A DNA stretch of 64,000 nt from Squalus acanthias (GCA_030390025.1 CM059433.1:7008001-7072000); one strand, 5' to 3'. Positions 1 through 14,000 are shown, counted from the stretch's first letter. Notes: generated from the sequence alone by a model not told the origin. Made by a program: numbers and translations.

Positions 1-222
1 AGAATGTGGAACTCGCTACCACAGGGAGTGGTTGAAGCGAATAGTATAGATGCATTGAAGGGGAGGCTAGACAAGCATATGAGGGAGAAGGGAATAGAGG
101 GTTATGCTGATAGATTTAGATGAGGAAAGACGGGAGGAGGCTCGAGTGGAACATAAACGCCGGCATGGACTGGTTGGGCCGGATGGCCTGTTTCTGTGCC
201 GTATATCCTATGTAATCCTATG
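1..222 (+). mobile_element. CR1-clade LINE 3' end (ORF2 end, 3' UTR, ATCCTATGTAATCCTATG tail)
   Basis: Encodes ...RMWNSLPQGVVEA..., a CR1 ORF2 C-terminal motif; closely matches the copy at about 43895-44117. Confidence 0.85.
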
Positions 223-229
223 ATTTCTG

Positions 230-490
230 GACGTTTCAAAGCACTTCATTGCCAGTGATGTGCTTTTGAAGTGTAGTCACTGTTGCAATGTAGAAAAACG
301 CAGCAGCCAATTTGCGCACAGCAAGCTCCCACAAACAATGACCAGATAATCTGTTTTTGGCGGTGTTGGTTGAGGGTTAAATGTTGGCCCGTACACAAGG
401 AGAATTCCACTGGTCTTCTTTGAATGTTGGCCGTGGGATCTTTTACATCCACCTGAGAAGGCAGCTGGGGCCTTGGTTTAATGTCTCACA
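230..490 (-). mobile_element. DeuSINE (SacSINE1-like) fragment, decayed
   Basis: Contains GCAGCCAATTTGCGCACAGCAAGCTCCCACAAACA and GGGATCTTTTACATCCACCTGAG, matching the full copies at 41093-41551 and 55853-56330. Confidence 0.8.
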
Positions 491-1162
491 CATGGATTCG
501 GAGGCAGTTTGAAGTGTAAGGTGAGATGGAATGTAGCGTCAGTCCTGTGAGCCTGACATTGCTGAGTTCTCTATCAAAGCCACATCACTCTGGGGGGAGC
601 TGATGTCATGCACCCCGAGCACTCAGGGCCCAGAGCAGCATAAGCGGAGGACTGGGAACTACCTTCCCACCTGCCCTGTCAGCCTCAACACTGTGTAGAT
701 CAGAGAGGAAGAAGGAAACGGAGACAAGAAATTACATTAAAAAGGATGATTCAGACCCTCAGCGAAAATGCTTTGAGAGGTTTTTCATGCAGTACATGTT
801 GAAACCTGTTTTGCAATTTACTCTGATGGTAAAAGCGATCATTTTTGAGCTTATTCATTTTTATGAACTTTTCCATTTATTGTGTTACATTTTTGAAATG
901 CCAAGTACTTTTGATGAACCTTGTTATAAATGCAAGTTCTTTCTGAGTAAACATTTCATTGGTTCATTGTTCCTATTGCAAAAAAAACACAGACTGTCTG
1001 TGTGCTCGTTCAAAAACAAATTTGCTCCATGTCAGTTTTAACCACTCCATTCCTGGTTTAAAAAAAACAAGTGCAACTTCCTGCACATCAACATGAAACA
1101 CCGTACAATTTCTGGCTAATCTCCCATCCTTCATTCCCAGTCGGTCTCTGGTTAATCAGCCT

Positions 1163-2028
1163 AAAGGGATAGAGATAGGTTAAGTGAGTGGGCAAAGATC
1201 TGGCAAATGGAGTATAATGTGGGAAAATGTGAAGTTGTCCATTTTGGCAGGAAGAATAAAAAAGAAGCATATTATCTAAATGGTGAGAGATTGCCGAGCT
1301 CTGAGATGCAGAGGGATCTGGGTGTCCTAGTGCATGAATCGCAAAAGGTTACTATGCAGGTACAGCAAGTAATTAGGAAAGCTAACAGAATGTTATCGTT
1401 TATTGCGAGGGGAATTGAATACAAAAGTAGGGAGGTTATGCTTCAGTTATACAGGGCATTGGTGAGACCACATCTGGAGTACTGTGTACAGTATTGGTCT
1501 CCTTATTTAAGGAAGGATGTAAATGCGTTGGAAGCAGTTCAGAGAAGGTTTACTAGACTAATACCTGGAATGGGCGGGTTGTCTTATGAGGAAAGGTTGG
1601 ACAGGCTAGGCTTGTATCCGCTGGAGTTTAGTAGAGTAAGAGGTGACTTGATTGAAACATATAAGATCCTGAGGGGTCTGGACAGGGTGGATGTGGAGAG
1701 GATGTTTCCTCTTGTGGGAGAATCTAGAACTAGGGGTCACTGTTTAAAAATAAGGGGTCGCCCATTTAAGACGGAGATGAGGAGAAATTTTTTCTCACAG
1801 AGGGTCGTGAGTATTTGGAACTCTCTTCCTCAGAGGGCGGTGGAAGCAGAGTCTTTGAATATTTTTAAGGCAGAGGTAGATAGATTCTTGATAAGCAAGG
1901 GGGTGAAAGGTTATCGGGGGTAGGCGGGAATGTGGAGTAATCGGATCAGCCATGATCTTATTGAATGGCGGAGCAGGCTCGAAGGGCCGAGTGGCCTACT
2001 CCTGCTCCTAATTCGTATGTTCGTATGT
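1163..2028 (+). mobile_element. CR1/HER1-like LINE, 5'-truncated; ORF2 C-terminal part still open (1207-1923)
   Basis: ORF MEYNVGKCEVVHFG...LYRALVRPHLEYCVQYWSP...WNSLP is the CR1 post-RT region; ends in the 3' UTR hairpin GGCCGAGTGGCC and a TTCGTATG x2 tail. Confidence 0.93.
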
Positions 2029-2029
2029 T

Positions 2030-4027
2030 TTTCACACTCCATATTCACTCCACGCTCCCTGCTGTCTCTTTCAGCATCCACTGTTGCTGCTGGGGCTGTA
2101 ACATGCAATAGGGAGAGTTACAAGGCTGGAGTTACCCCGGCATCCACTCTGCCATCTGAAGAAGTATCACTGATGCCGAGGACAACCACCCACAGCAAGC
2201 TCATAATTGCTGTATGTGGGAGCGGGAGCAGCAACAGCAGCAGGGATGGTGGGAAAAGCAGGAGGTAGGAGGTTTCAAGTCGAGATAGTTTAGGGGGCAG
2301 TTTGAATTGCATGGACTGGGAAGAAGTTTGAGACTGACACTGAGCAGGTGAGGAGTGGTGTGAAGTGGACCCATACCAGGAGCTGGGCACACTTTTTTCT
2401 TGCAGGTAGAAGTGCCAGCTGACAATCAGCAAACCGATGCTGAGGTGTCCCAAGACAGGTGCTACCTTGCTGTTTGGGCTTTCTCAGTGGGGTCTGCAGC
2501 CGTCCTCCTCCTCCTCCTCCTGAGGTGGCCCCGGAACCCCTGGTGGCAAGGGCTGCGCCCTCATGATGGCCAAGTTGTGGCGCATGCTGAAGACCACCAA
2601 GAAATGGGACGCCCGCTCCGCCGAGTACTGGAGGGCTCCTCCCAACCAGACAAGGCAGCGGAACCATTGCTTTAACAGCCTGATGGTCTGCTCAATGACA
2701 TGCCTCGTGGCAGCATGGCTGTCGTTATTTGAGTGCTGGCCACGAGTGGTGGGTTGCGGAGGGGGGGTCATCAGCCATGGGTGTAGAGCGAGATAGCCCT
2801 TGTCTTCGAGAAGCCACCCTCGGGTTTGACGTGGTGGCTGAAAGATAGCTGGCCCACAGGACTGGCGCAGGATAAAGGCATCATGACTGCTGCCAGGATA
2901 GCGGGCATTCACCATCATGATGCGCTGGGCGTGGTCACACAACAACTGCACATTAAGTGAGTGGTAGCCTTTGTGGTTACAGAACATCTCAGGATTGGTA
3001 TACGGTGCCCGCAAAGCCACGTGTGTGCAGTCGATGGCGCCCTGCACCATGGGGAAGCTGCTATCCTGGCAAAGCCACATGCGTGCTCGCCTGCTTCTCT
3101 CTGTTCAGAGAGCAGACAATGTAGTCCCTTCTCCTGGAGTAGAAAGCCTCTGTGACCTCCCAGATGCAGCGATGGACGGCGAACTGGGAAGTGTGAGGTA
3201 TGTCTCCTGCTCCAGACTGGAAGGATCCGCTGGCGAAGAAATTGAGGGCCATGGTGACCTTGAGGACCACTGGGAGAGCCGTGGTCGCCCTGCTCTGCTC
3301 TGGTTGCAGTCGGTGGCAAAGTTCTGTGACCACCTCTTTGATAAAGCAGAGCCTCCTAATCCACTGCTCCTGGCTTGAGTGCAGGCAGGAGAAGAAGTGC
3401 TCTCAGAAGACCCGAGGTGGATAAGGCCTCCTGCTGAGAGCCCTCCTGCCCCTCCTACCTCTGCGAGCATCTTCTCCTCTTCTTCGCTGCCTCCGCTCCA
3501 TTTCTCTTTCATACCCGAGCGCAAAGGGGCTGCCAGTAGCGCCCCCATGACTGTGAGCAGGTGGTGTGAGCAGAAGCAAGGTGTTCTCCACTTGCAGAAA
3601 CACTCCCTGTGACCTCAGCAACTTTAAACAACTTTAGAAAGTTCCAAACAGTTGCACAAACTTAGACAGAGCCAGTAGACAAGACAGCTGCAAGTTGTTG
3701 ATGATGATCCCTTTAAATAGCACTGCTGGGGGGTTCCTTCCTGCTGCTGAACGCTTAGTCAGCTTGTCGTGATTAGGAGAGGGCGTTTAATGGAGTGACG
3801 ACGTCCAAAATGGTAGATCGTGCATCAAGTCAGCGTTGCACATTCATTGACGTCGCGATCTGCCTCATCTAAATATGCGGAGCGAGCGCTGGCAACGGCA
3901 GCACCTCCCTAAAATGGCGGCCACTGTGGTACCCACCGGAGGCGGGCGGAAACTAGTCAGCCGCCATTTTCTCATTAAAAAAAAACAGCCTTAACCGCCG
4001 GCGCTAAACCCATCAAATTCTGCGGCC
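2030..4027 (-). mobile_element. Decayed PIF/Harbinger DNA transposon (one end retained)
   Basis: Contains the transposase pseudogene 2484-3548; TIR-like end AAATTCTGCGGCC at 4015-4027; the other side abuts the CR1 tail. Confidence 0.7.
2484..3548 (-). pseudogene. Harbinger (HARBI1-like, DDE_Tnp_4) transposase, frameshifted
   Basis: Pieces in different frames: RRPYPPRVF; ALNFFASGSFQ; VQGAIDCTHV; KGYHSLNVQ; ARYPGSSHDAFIL; EDKGY; WLMTP; VIEQTIRLLKQWFRCL. Confidence 0.9.
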
Positions 4028-4735
4028 TCAGTATTTGTAACAAGCTGATGGACCTGTAATCTGGTGTCCATTTACAGGAAGGTAATTGGTTGTTGGGAAC
4101 TGTGTCCCCTCAAAATCTCCCATTGCTGCTCCTGGTAATCAGTTATTATTGGTCACTACTGATGCTGCTCCTGTTATCTGGAATCCCACACTGCTTCCAG
4201 ATTGGTTCACTGTTCAGCTTCCTCACCCCCACACCCGCCCCCCACTCCCCCCCCCCACCCATTAGACCTCAATGTGGCCACAGCCTGAGCCTCAATCTTA
4301 CCCGGCACTGTGCCCATATCTCACCTAAGGCCTGGTCTCAGATTCAACCTTGGCCTAATCCTGTATCTTCCTCCTAAACCCACCACACATGCATCTGGAC
4401 CAGTATCAGCCTCGGGCTCCATTTCAGCCTCGACTCTCGACTACTCATTCCTCAAACCCAACTCCACCATCCAAACACCCACCACCCACTCTGGTCGTGA
4501 CGACAGCCTCCACCTGGGGTATCAACCTACATACTGAGTACTTCAAGTCTGAGCAGTGTGATCCAACCTACTTAGACATCACTCGGGGAGCTAAACAGTG
4601 AGAATTTTGCCAGTCATTTTGAAAATACAATCAATTAATAAGTCACAGTTTGCCATGTACATAGTTTAATATTATACACACTGTACCTTGCAGTACCATT
4701 CTATATTTGTTTGTAAACATCAATAGTTATATTGT

Positions 4736-4838
4736 ACAAAAGCAAAATACCTGTACTGTAAATCTGAAATAAAAACAGAAAATGTTGGAAATAGTCAGCA
4801 GGTCAGGCAGCATCTGTGGAGAGAGAAACAGAGTTAAC
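4736..4838 (-). mobile_element. Penelope-like element terminal fragment
   Basis: Close match to 59475-59580, which continues into a hammerhead core. Confidence 0.65.
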
Positions 4839-5003
4839 AGAGGCTCAGGGTCCCACTTGCGGGCTGTGCGGAGGTATTTCTGTTTTTATCATAATTATAT
4901 TGCAGTGTCCCACGACTATCAATGTTATCCATGCTATTTTCCTCTTCACCCTTTTCTCAGCGTTATCTTTCGCTTCACCCCCTCCAGTGTTGTTGGATAA
5001 CCA

Positions 5004-5865
5004 GGGCCGATTTTAACACCCGCTTGGGAGTGGACAACAATCCCACCTGGGGGGTTTAAGTCAGAGGCCTGGCAGTGAACTTGAATGCCACCGGTCAGCT
5101 GCTCGCCCGCTTTGGGCAGAGAGTGGCAGCTGGCGGGTGACCAAGTCCGGGCGACCTGGAAGGCCACCCGCCGGCACTAAGAGTGGGCTGGCAGTAGCAA
5201 GCTCAGTCGCATGGGGAGTGGCGGGGTGGGGGGCGGGGGGGCGGTGTGTTACGCGGGAGCAAGCTAAGTCGCATGGGGAGTGGCGGGGGGGGGCGGGCGG
5301 TGTGTTACACGGGTCTCATGGCCAGGGGGGAATGGGGGAGGGCAGGGGGGGGGAGCTCGGGGACAGCAGAGGCCCGAAATGTCCTGGTGGAGCTCCTCCA
5401 GACCCCGCGAGGGAAAGTTTTATCACTTGCCTTCAGCAGCCTTCACTGGCAATTCTGTCTGGCGGGGGGTGGTGGGAGCCGCTGTAGGCGGCCTGCCCTG
5501 GACTGAGTTAAAACGCCATCAGGGGCCTGTGTGTCATTTAACACCCGGGACTCATTCCTGCTGCTGCCTCCTGTCCAAAGCCGTCGGGAATGACATCACT
5601 ACCAGCGGGCTGGAGTCAAAATTCATAAGTGGGGGAGGGGGGGGTGGCGCCCGCCAACAGGGACCTTCATAAACGGTTCCCTGCAAGCTAAGTAAGGAAC
5701 GGGGTTGGTTAACCGGGAAAGTCCACGACCAGGGGAGCGGGGGAGAAGCCTGGGGCAGGGCATTCATCTGCCCCCTGGCAGACAAGGAAATTGAAAAAAT
5801 TGAGAACAATTATACTTCCCTGGGCCTCCTGTGGCCAGGATCCGGACTTTGAGACTGTGCGGCCC
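5004..5865. mobile_element. Probable non-autonomous Harbinger-type element, GC-rich
   Basis: Begins GGGCCGATTTTAAC, like other TIRs in the window, and ends GCGGCCC; the terminal match is short. Confidence 0.4.
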
Positions 5866-5871
5866 TTAGTT

Positions 5872-6261
5872 AACATAAGAACAGAAGAAACAGGAGCAGG
5901 AGTGGGCCATTCGGCCCTTCGAGCCTGCTCCGCCATTCAATAAGATCCTGGCTGATCTTCTACCTCATCTCCACTTTCCTGCACTATCCCCATATCCCTT
6001 AATATCCAAAAATCTATCGATCTCTGTCTTGAATATACTCAACAACTGAGCCTCCACAGCTCTCTGGGGTAGAGAATTCCAAAGATTCACCACCCTCTGA
6101 GTGAAGAAATTCTCCTCATCTCAGTCCGAAATGGCCGACCCCCTTATTCTAAGACTGCGACCCCCTGGTTCTAGACTCCCCAGCCAGGGGAAACATCCTC
6201 CCTGCATCTACCCTGTCAAGCCCTGTTGTATGTTTCAATGAGGTCACCTCTCATTCTTCTC
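5872..6261 (-). mobile_element. CR1 LINE 3' fragment
   Basis: Reverse complement of the CR1 3' UTR and ORF2 end (GGAGCAGGAGTGGGCCATTCGGCCC; AGAATTCCAAAGATTCAC). Confidence 0.88.
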
Positions 6262-8098
6262 AACAGTTGAGCCTGTGGTTAAAATTACACGCGCGTTCCC
6301 CATGGTTTCAGGCGAGTTAAAATGGTGCGGGCAGGAACACAGCCACACCATCTGAAGCACCAGGCCACACCGTTCCTGCCAGGCCGGGGGCGGGGAGGGA
6401 GGGTTAAAATTTCCCACTGTACTTTTGAAAATGTTAGTCCATGACCAGCAGAGGAGATCAGTCAGTGAGATATGAAATGGTGGAACTGCTGAGACAAGAT
6501 CCGTGGGCAGGAAAGGTGGAGATGGCCACCGCTCATCACCAAGCAGCCCTCTGAAATCCTTACAAAACAGGAGCGGCAAAGTGGGCCTCGGGTAATAATG
6601 ATGATAAACAATTACAGTGCAGCCTATCTAAATACATATATGCATAATTTATAATGCGACACAGTAACAAAAGCTGCATGATGTGGGTGTAAGTAGGCAA
6701 TTCAGCTTGCACTATAATCACAGGGATAGCGGACATAAGTACAGCATTAACCGCCTCAAACAAACCTTGGAGATATAAAGAAATGTTTTCCCACATTGCA
6801 TTTGTGGAACAGGCTCCCAGCAAAAACAATAAACAAACTTTTTTCAGCAAATACCGGATAAATATTTGGCGTGCTGAAACTTTGCAGGGAGGGGGTCATC
6901 CCAGAGTAAGAGCTGAGTTGTGCCACTCGGGACCACCCGACACAGACGCGTTTCATTTCAACGGCTGCGTCTTCCCTCGTCTGCTGAAGCCACAGGCCAA
7001 GATTCCCATCCCAGGAAAACTCTGGAAATTCTCCCTGCGCTGCATTAAAGGGCTGGAGGCCAGGTGATCGAGGCCTCCACACCTTTCGCCTGACCTTTGC
7101 GCCCAAGGAAATGAACATTCCCCAGCCACAAGGATCAGGAAAAAAAATCAACTCCTACCGTTGGTTACCAATCATCGTCTGCCAAAGTTTTTTCAGCTCA
7201 GCTCTTGAAAGAGTGTGAACTTTGCAGAAATGGTCCGTACAGGTGCACAGATAGGTAATGTGATTAACCTACTAACTGAAAACAGCCAAGCCCTTCTCAA
7301 GAAGGGACAATACTGGGGCAACATTGTGGAAGGGAATGACCTGCCAGGTAAAGATTATTGGCTATTAGGATAAGTGTATTCTAGTGAGCTTCCTGGATGG
7401 TCCAAATATCTGAATTTTGTTGCGTTTCAAAGGTAATTTAAATGACACTGCATGCAGACTGGAGTGCCTGATGTTATCTCTCTTTGGTAGGGTTCCTGGA
7501 ATGTAACACTAAGGCGAGGTCCAATGCCTAAACATAACTAATCATGCCTTAAAAAAAACTGGGGTGGGGCTGAGACAGATGCATGAGTGGAGAGAGTTGG
7601 AAAGCATGTGTGGTGATAATTGGCAATTTTATATTCAAAATATGTGGTCCTGGGAAAGCAGCATTTCAACATAGATCAGGGACTTGTGTGTGCCGATCGT
7701 TACTGTTTACAGACGAGCAGCTCTTCAGGAAAATCTTATCATTACAAGTTAAGTGGAGACTGATGGTGGCTTGCAGGACCGACCGAAATCTGGGCCTAGA
7801 AATTCGGAGGTGGAGGTGCAGGGATCAAACCACGTGCTTGAACGGTGAGGCCTGAGTCGCACGTGTTGTTGAGTCTTGGGCCTCATCACCATTGAGCCGG
7901 TGAGCTGCGGACAGTAATAGGCAGTTTGCCGGTGAAGTGCGATTGAAGATCAGGCCGCAGCGAGGCCAATAGCGGGCCTCAAGTAAGTGATTAAAGGGGG
8001 TGACCGGGAAGGGGGGGTGAGGAATCGGGTCGGAAAATAGCGGTGGCCGGGAGAGGAATGGGTGTTAATGGTGCTGATGGAGGTGGGGTAGCAACTGC

Positions 8099-11000
8099 GA
8101 TCGAAAGGGGTAATGAGAGTGATCAAGCGGGGTAATGAGAGTGATCGACAGGGGTTAATGAGAGTGATCGAGAGGGGTAATGAGAGTGATCCAGGGGGTA
8201 ATGACAGTGATCGAGAGTGATCGAGAGGGGGTAATGAGAGTGATCGAGGGGGTAATGAGAGTGATCGAGGGGGGGGTAATGAGAGTGATCGAGGGGGGTA
8301 ATGAGAGTGATCGAGGGGGGTAATGAGAGTGATCGAGGGGTAATGAGAGTGATCGAGGGGGGTAATGAGAGTGATCGAGGGGGGGTAATGAGAGTGATCG
8401 AGAGAGGGTAATGAGAGTGATCGAGAGGGGTAATGAGAGTGATCGAGGGGGTAATGAGAGTGATCGAGGGGGTAATGAGAGTGATCGAGGGGGTAATGAG
8501 AGTGATCGAGGGGGTAATGAGAGTGATCGAGTGGGTAATGAGAGTGATCGAGGGGGGGTAATGAGAGTGATCGAGGGGGGTAATGAGAGTGATCGAGGGG
8601 GTAATGAGAGTGATCGAGAGGATAATGAGAGTGATCGAGAGGGGTAATGAGAGTGATCGAGAGGGGTAATGAGAGTGATCGAGGGGGTAATGAGAGTGAT
8701 CGAGAGGGGTAATGAGAGTGATCGAGGGGGGTAATGAGAGTGATCGAGAGGGGTAATGAGAGTGATCGAGAGGATAATGAGAGTGATCGAGAGGGTAATG
8801 AGAGTGATCGAGGGGGTAATGAGAGTGATCGAGGGGGTAATGAGAGTGATCGAGAGGGGTAATGAGAGTGATCGAGGGGGTAATGAGAGTGATCGAGAGG
8901 GGTAATGAGAGTGATCGAGAGGATAATGAGAGTGATCGAGAGGGTAATGAGAGTGATCGAGGGGGTAATGAGAGTGATCGAGAGGGGTAATGAGAGTGAT
9001 CGAGAGGATAATGAGAGTGATCGAGGGGGTAATGAGAGTGATCGAGGGGGTAATGAGAGTGATCGAGGGGTAATGAGAGTGATCGAGGGGGGGTAATGAG
9101 AGTGATCGAGGGGGTAATGAGTGTGATCGAGGGGGTAATGAGAGTGATCGAGGGGGGGTAATGAGAGTGATCGAGAGGGGGTAATGAGTGTGATCGAGGG
9201 GGTAATGAGAGTGATCGAGGGGGTAATGAGAGTGATCGAGAGGGGTAATGAGAGTGATCGAGTGGGTAATGAGAGTGATCGAGGGGGTAATGAGAGTGAT
9301 CGAGGGGGTAATGAGAGTGATCGAGGGGGTAATGAGAGTGATCGAGAGGGGTAATGAGAGTGATCGAGTGGGTAATGAGAGTGATCGAGGGGGGGTAATG
9401 AGAGTGATCGAGAGGGGGTAATGAGAGTGATCGAGGGGGTAATGAGAGTGATCGAGAGGGTAATGAGAGTGATCGAGAGGGGTAATGAGAGTGATCGAGG
9501 GGGTAATGAGAGTGATCGAGGGGGGTAATGAGAGTGATCGAGAGGGGTAATGAGAGTGATCGAGGGGGTAATGAGAGTGATCGAGGGGGGGTAATGAGAG
9601 TGATCGAGGGGGGTAATGAGAGTGATCGAGAGGGGTAATGAGAGTGATCGAGGGGGTAATGAGAGTGATCGAGGGGGGTAATGAGAGTGATCGAGGGGGG
9701 TAATGAGAGTGATCGAGGGGGTAATGAGAGTGATCGAGGGGGGTAATGAGAGTGATCGAGAGGGGTAATGAGTGTGATCGAGGGGGTAATGAGAGTGATC
9801 GAGGGGGGTAATGAGTGTGATCGAGGGGGTAATGAGAGTGATCGAGGGGGTAATGAGAGTGATCGAGGGGGTAATGAGAGTGATCGAGGGGGGGTAATGA
9901 GAGTGATCGAGAGGGGTAATGAGTGTGATCGAGGGGGTAATGAGAGTGATCGAGGGGGTAATGAGAGTGATCGAGGGGGGTAATGAGAGTGATCGAGGGG
10001 GTAATGATAGTGATCGAGGGGGTAATGAGAGTGATCGAGGGGGGTAATGAGAGTGATCGAGGGGGTAATGAGAGTGATCGAGGGGGTAATGAGAGTGATC
10101 GAGGGGGCAATGAGAGTGATCGAGGGGGGTAATGAGAGTGATCGAGGGGGTAATGAGAGTGATCGAGAGGGGTAATGAGAGTGATCGAGGGGGTAATGAG
10201 AGTGATCGAGGGGGGTAATGAGAGTGATCGAGGGGGGGGTAATGAGAGTGATCGAGAGGGGTAATGAGAGTGATCGAGAGGGGTAATGAGAGTGATCGAG
10301 GGGGGTAATGAGAGTGATCGAGAGGGTAATGAGAGTGATCGAGAGGGGGTAATGAGAGTGATCGAGGGGGGGTAATGAGAGTGATCGAGGGGGTAATGAG
10401 AGTGATCGAGGGGGGTAATGTGAGTGATCGAGGGGGTAATGAGAGTGATCGAGCGGGGTAATGAGAGTGATCGAGAGGGTAATGAGAGTGATCGAGCGGG
10501 GTAATGAGAGTGATCGAGAGGGTAATGAGAGTGATCGAGGGGGGTAATGAGAGTGATCGAGAGGGGTAATGAGAGTGATCGAGGGGGGTAATGAGAGTGA
10601 TCGAGAGGGGGTAATGAGAGTGATCGAGAGGGGGTAATGAGAGTGATCGAGAGGGTAATGAGAGTGATCGAGGGGGTAATGAGAGTGATCGAGGGGGGTA
10701 ATGAGAGTGATCGAGGGGGGTAATGAGAGTGATCGAGGGGGTAATGAGAGTGATCGAGAGGGTAATGAGAGTGATCGAGGGGGGTAATGAGAGTGATCGA
10801 GGGGGTAATGAGAGTGATCGAGGGGGGTAATGAGAGTGATCGAGAGGGTAATGAGAGTGATCGAGGGGGTAATCAGAGTGATCGAGGGGGGTAATGAGAG
10901 TGATCGAGGGGGTAATGAGAGTGATCGAGGGGGGTAATGAGAGTGATCGAGGGGGTAATGACAGTGATCGAGGGGGTAATGAGAGTGATCGAGGGGGGTA

Positions 11001-14000
11001 ATGAGAGTGATCGAGGGGGGTAATGAGAGTGATCGAGAGGGGTAATGAGAGTGATCGAGAGGGGTAATGAGAGTGATCGAGGGGGGTAATGAGAGTGATC
11101 GAGGGGGTAATGAGAGTGATCGAGGGGGGTAATGAGTGATCGAGGGGGTAATGAGAGTGATCGAGAGGGGTAATGAGAGTGATCGAGGGGGTAATGAGAG
11201 TGATCGAGGGGGTAATGAGAGTGATCGAGGGGGGTAATGAGAGTGATCGAGAGGGTAATGAGAGTGATCGAGGGGGTAATGAGAGTGATCGAGGGGGTAA
11301 TGAGAGTGATCGAGGGGGTAATGAGAGTGATCGAGGGGGGGTAATGAGAGTGATCGAGGGGGTAATGAGAGTGATCGAGGGGGGTAATGAGTGATCGAGG
11401 GGGGGTAATGAGAGTGATCGAGAGGGGTAATGAGAGTGATCGAGGGGGTAATGAGAGTGATCGAGAGGGGGTAATGAGAGTGATCGAGAGGGTAATGAGA
11501 GTGATCGAGGGGGGTAATGAGAGTGATCGAGGGGTAATGAGAGTGATCGAGGGGGGTAATGAGTGATCGAGGGGGGGTAATGAGAGTGATCGAGGGGGTA
11601 ATGAGAGTGATCGAGGGGTAATGAGAGTGATCGAGGGGGTAATGAGAGTGATCGAGAGGGGTAATGAGAGTGATCGAGAGGGGTAATGAGAGTGATCGAG
11701 AGGGGTAATGAGAGTGATCGAGGGGGGTAATGAGAGTGATCGAGGGGTAATGAGAGTGATCGAGGGGGTAATGAGAGTGATCGAGGGGGGTGGGTAGTAA
11801 TGAGAGTGATCGAGGGGGTAATGAGAGTGATCGAGGGGGTAATGAGTGATCGAGGGGGGTAATGAGAGTGATCGAGAGGGGTAATGAGAGTGATCGAGAG
11901 GGGTAATGAGAGTGATCGAGGGGGTAATGAGAGTGATCGAGGGGGTAATGAGAGTGATCGAGGGGTAATGAGAGTGATCGAGGGGGGTAATGAGTGATCG
12001 AGTAGAGAGGACGAGGGTAATGAGAGTGATCGAGAGGGGTAATGAGAGTGATCGAGAGGGGTAATGAGACCGAGGGGGTATGAGAGGGGGGGTAATGAGA
12101 GTGATCGAGGGGGTAATGAGAGTGATCGAGGGGGTAATGAGAGTGATCGAGGGGGGTAATGAGAGTGATCGAGGGGGGTAATGAGAGTGATCGAGGGGGG
12201 TAATGAGAGTGATCGAGGGGGGTAATGAGAGTGATCGAGGGGGGTAATGAGAGTGATCGAGGGGGGTAATGAGAGTGATCGAGAGGGGTAATGAGAGTGA
12301 TCGAGAGGGTAATGAGAGTGATCGAGGGGGTAATGAGAGTGATCGAGGGGGTAATGAGAGTGATCGAGGGGGTAATGAGAGTGATCGAGGGGGTAATGAG
12401 AGTGATCGAGGGGGTAATGAGAGTGATCGAGGGGGTAATGAGAGTGATCGAGGGGGTAATGAGAGTGATCGAGGGGTAATGAGAGTGATCGAGAGGGGTA
12501 ATGAGAGTGATCGAGGGGGTAATGAGAGTGATCGAGGGGGGTAATGAGAGTGATCGAGGGGGGTAATGAGAGTGATCGAGGGGGGTAATGAGAGTGATCG
12601 AGGGGGGTAATGAGAGTGATCGAGGGGGTAATGAGAGTGATCGAGGGGGGTAATGAGAGTGATCGAGAGGGGTAATGAGAGTGATCGAGGGGGTAATGAG
12701 AGTGATCGAGGGGGTAATGAGAGTGATCGAGGGGGGTAATGAGAGTGATCGAGGGGGTAATGAGAGTGATCGAGGGGGTAATGAGAGTGATCGAGGGGGT
12801 AATGAGAGTGATCGAGGGGGGTAATGAGAGTGATCGAGGGGGTAATGAGAGTGATCGAGGGGGTAATGAGAGTGATCGAGGGGGGTAATGAGAGTGATCG
12901 AGGGGGTAATGAGAGTGATCGAGGGGGGTAATGAGAGTGATCGAGGGGGTAATGAGAGTGATCGAGGGGGGTAATGAGAGTGATCGAGAGGGGTAATGAG
13001 AGTGATCGAGGGGGTAATGAGAGTGATCGAGGGGGTAATGAGAGTGATCGAGGGGGTAATGAGAGTGATCGAGGGGGTAATGAGAGTGATCGAGGGGGGT
13101 AATGAGAGTGATCGAGGGGGTAATGAGAGTGATCGAGGGGGTAATGAGAGTGATCGAGGGGGTAATGAGAGTGATCGAGGGGGTAATGAGAGTGATCGAG
13201 GGGGGTAATGAGAGTGATCGAGGGGGTAATGAGAGTGATCGAGGGGGTAATGAGAGTGATCGAGGGGGTAATGAGAGTGATCGAGAGGGTAATGAGAGTG
13301 ATCGAGGGGGTAATGAGAGTGATCGAGGGGGTAATGAGAGTGATCGAGGGGGGTAATGAGAGTGATCGAGGGGGTAATGAGAGTGATCGAGGGGGTAATG
13401 AGAGTGATCGAGGGGGTAATGAGAGTGATCGAGGGGGGTAATGAGAGTGATCGAGGGGGTAATGAGAGTGATCGAGGGGGGTAATGAGAGTGATCGAGGG
13501 GGGTAATGAGAGTGATCGAGGGGGGTAATGAGAGTGATCGAGGGGGGTAATGAGAGTGATCGAGGGGGGTAATGAGAGTGATCGAGAGGGGTAATGAGAG
13601 TGATCGAGGGGGGTAATGAGAGTGATCGAGGGGGGTAATGAGAGTGATCGAGGGGGTAATGAGAGTGATCGAGGGGGTAATGAGAGTGATCGAGGGGGGT
13701 AATGAGAGTGATCGAGGGGGGTAATGAGAGTGATCGAGGGGGGTAATGAGAGTGATCGAGGGGGTAATGAGAGTGATCGAGGGGTAATGAGAGTGATCGA
13801 GAGGGGTAATGAGAGTGATCGAGGGGGTAATGAGAGTGATCGAGGGGGTAATGAGAGTGATCGAGGGGGTAATGAGAGTGATCGAGGGGGTAATGAGAGT
13901 GATCGAGGGGGTAATGAGAGTGATCGAGGGGGTAATGAGAGTGATCGAGGGGGTAATGAGAGTGATCGAGGGGGGGTAATGAGAGTGATCGAGAGGGGTA

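Noticed and set aside
2484..3548. Host HARBI1 gene
   Set aside because: Frameshifts and stops, and three related copies in one window.
7197..7254. Possible small exon (TTTTTCAG...AG/GTAATG; QLLKECELCRNGPYRCTD)
   Set aside because: Splice-like signals only; no recognisable homology or partner exons. It would need RNA-seq.
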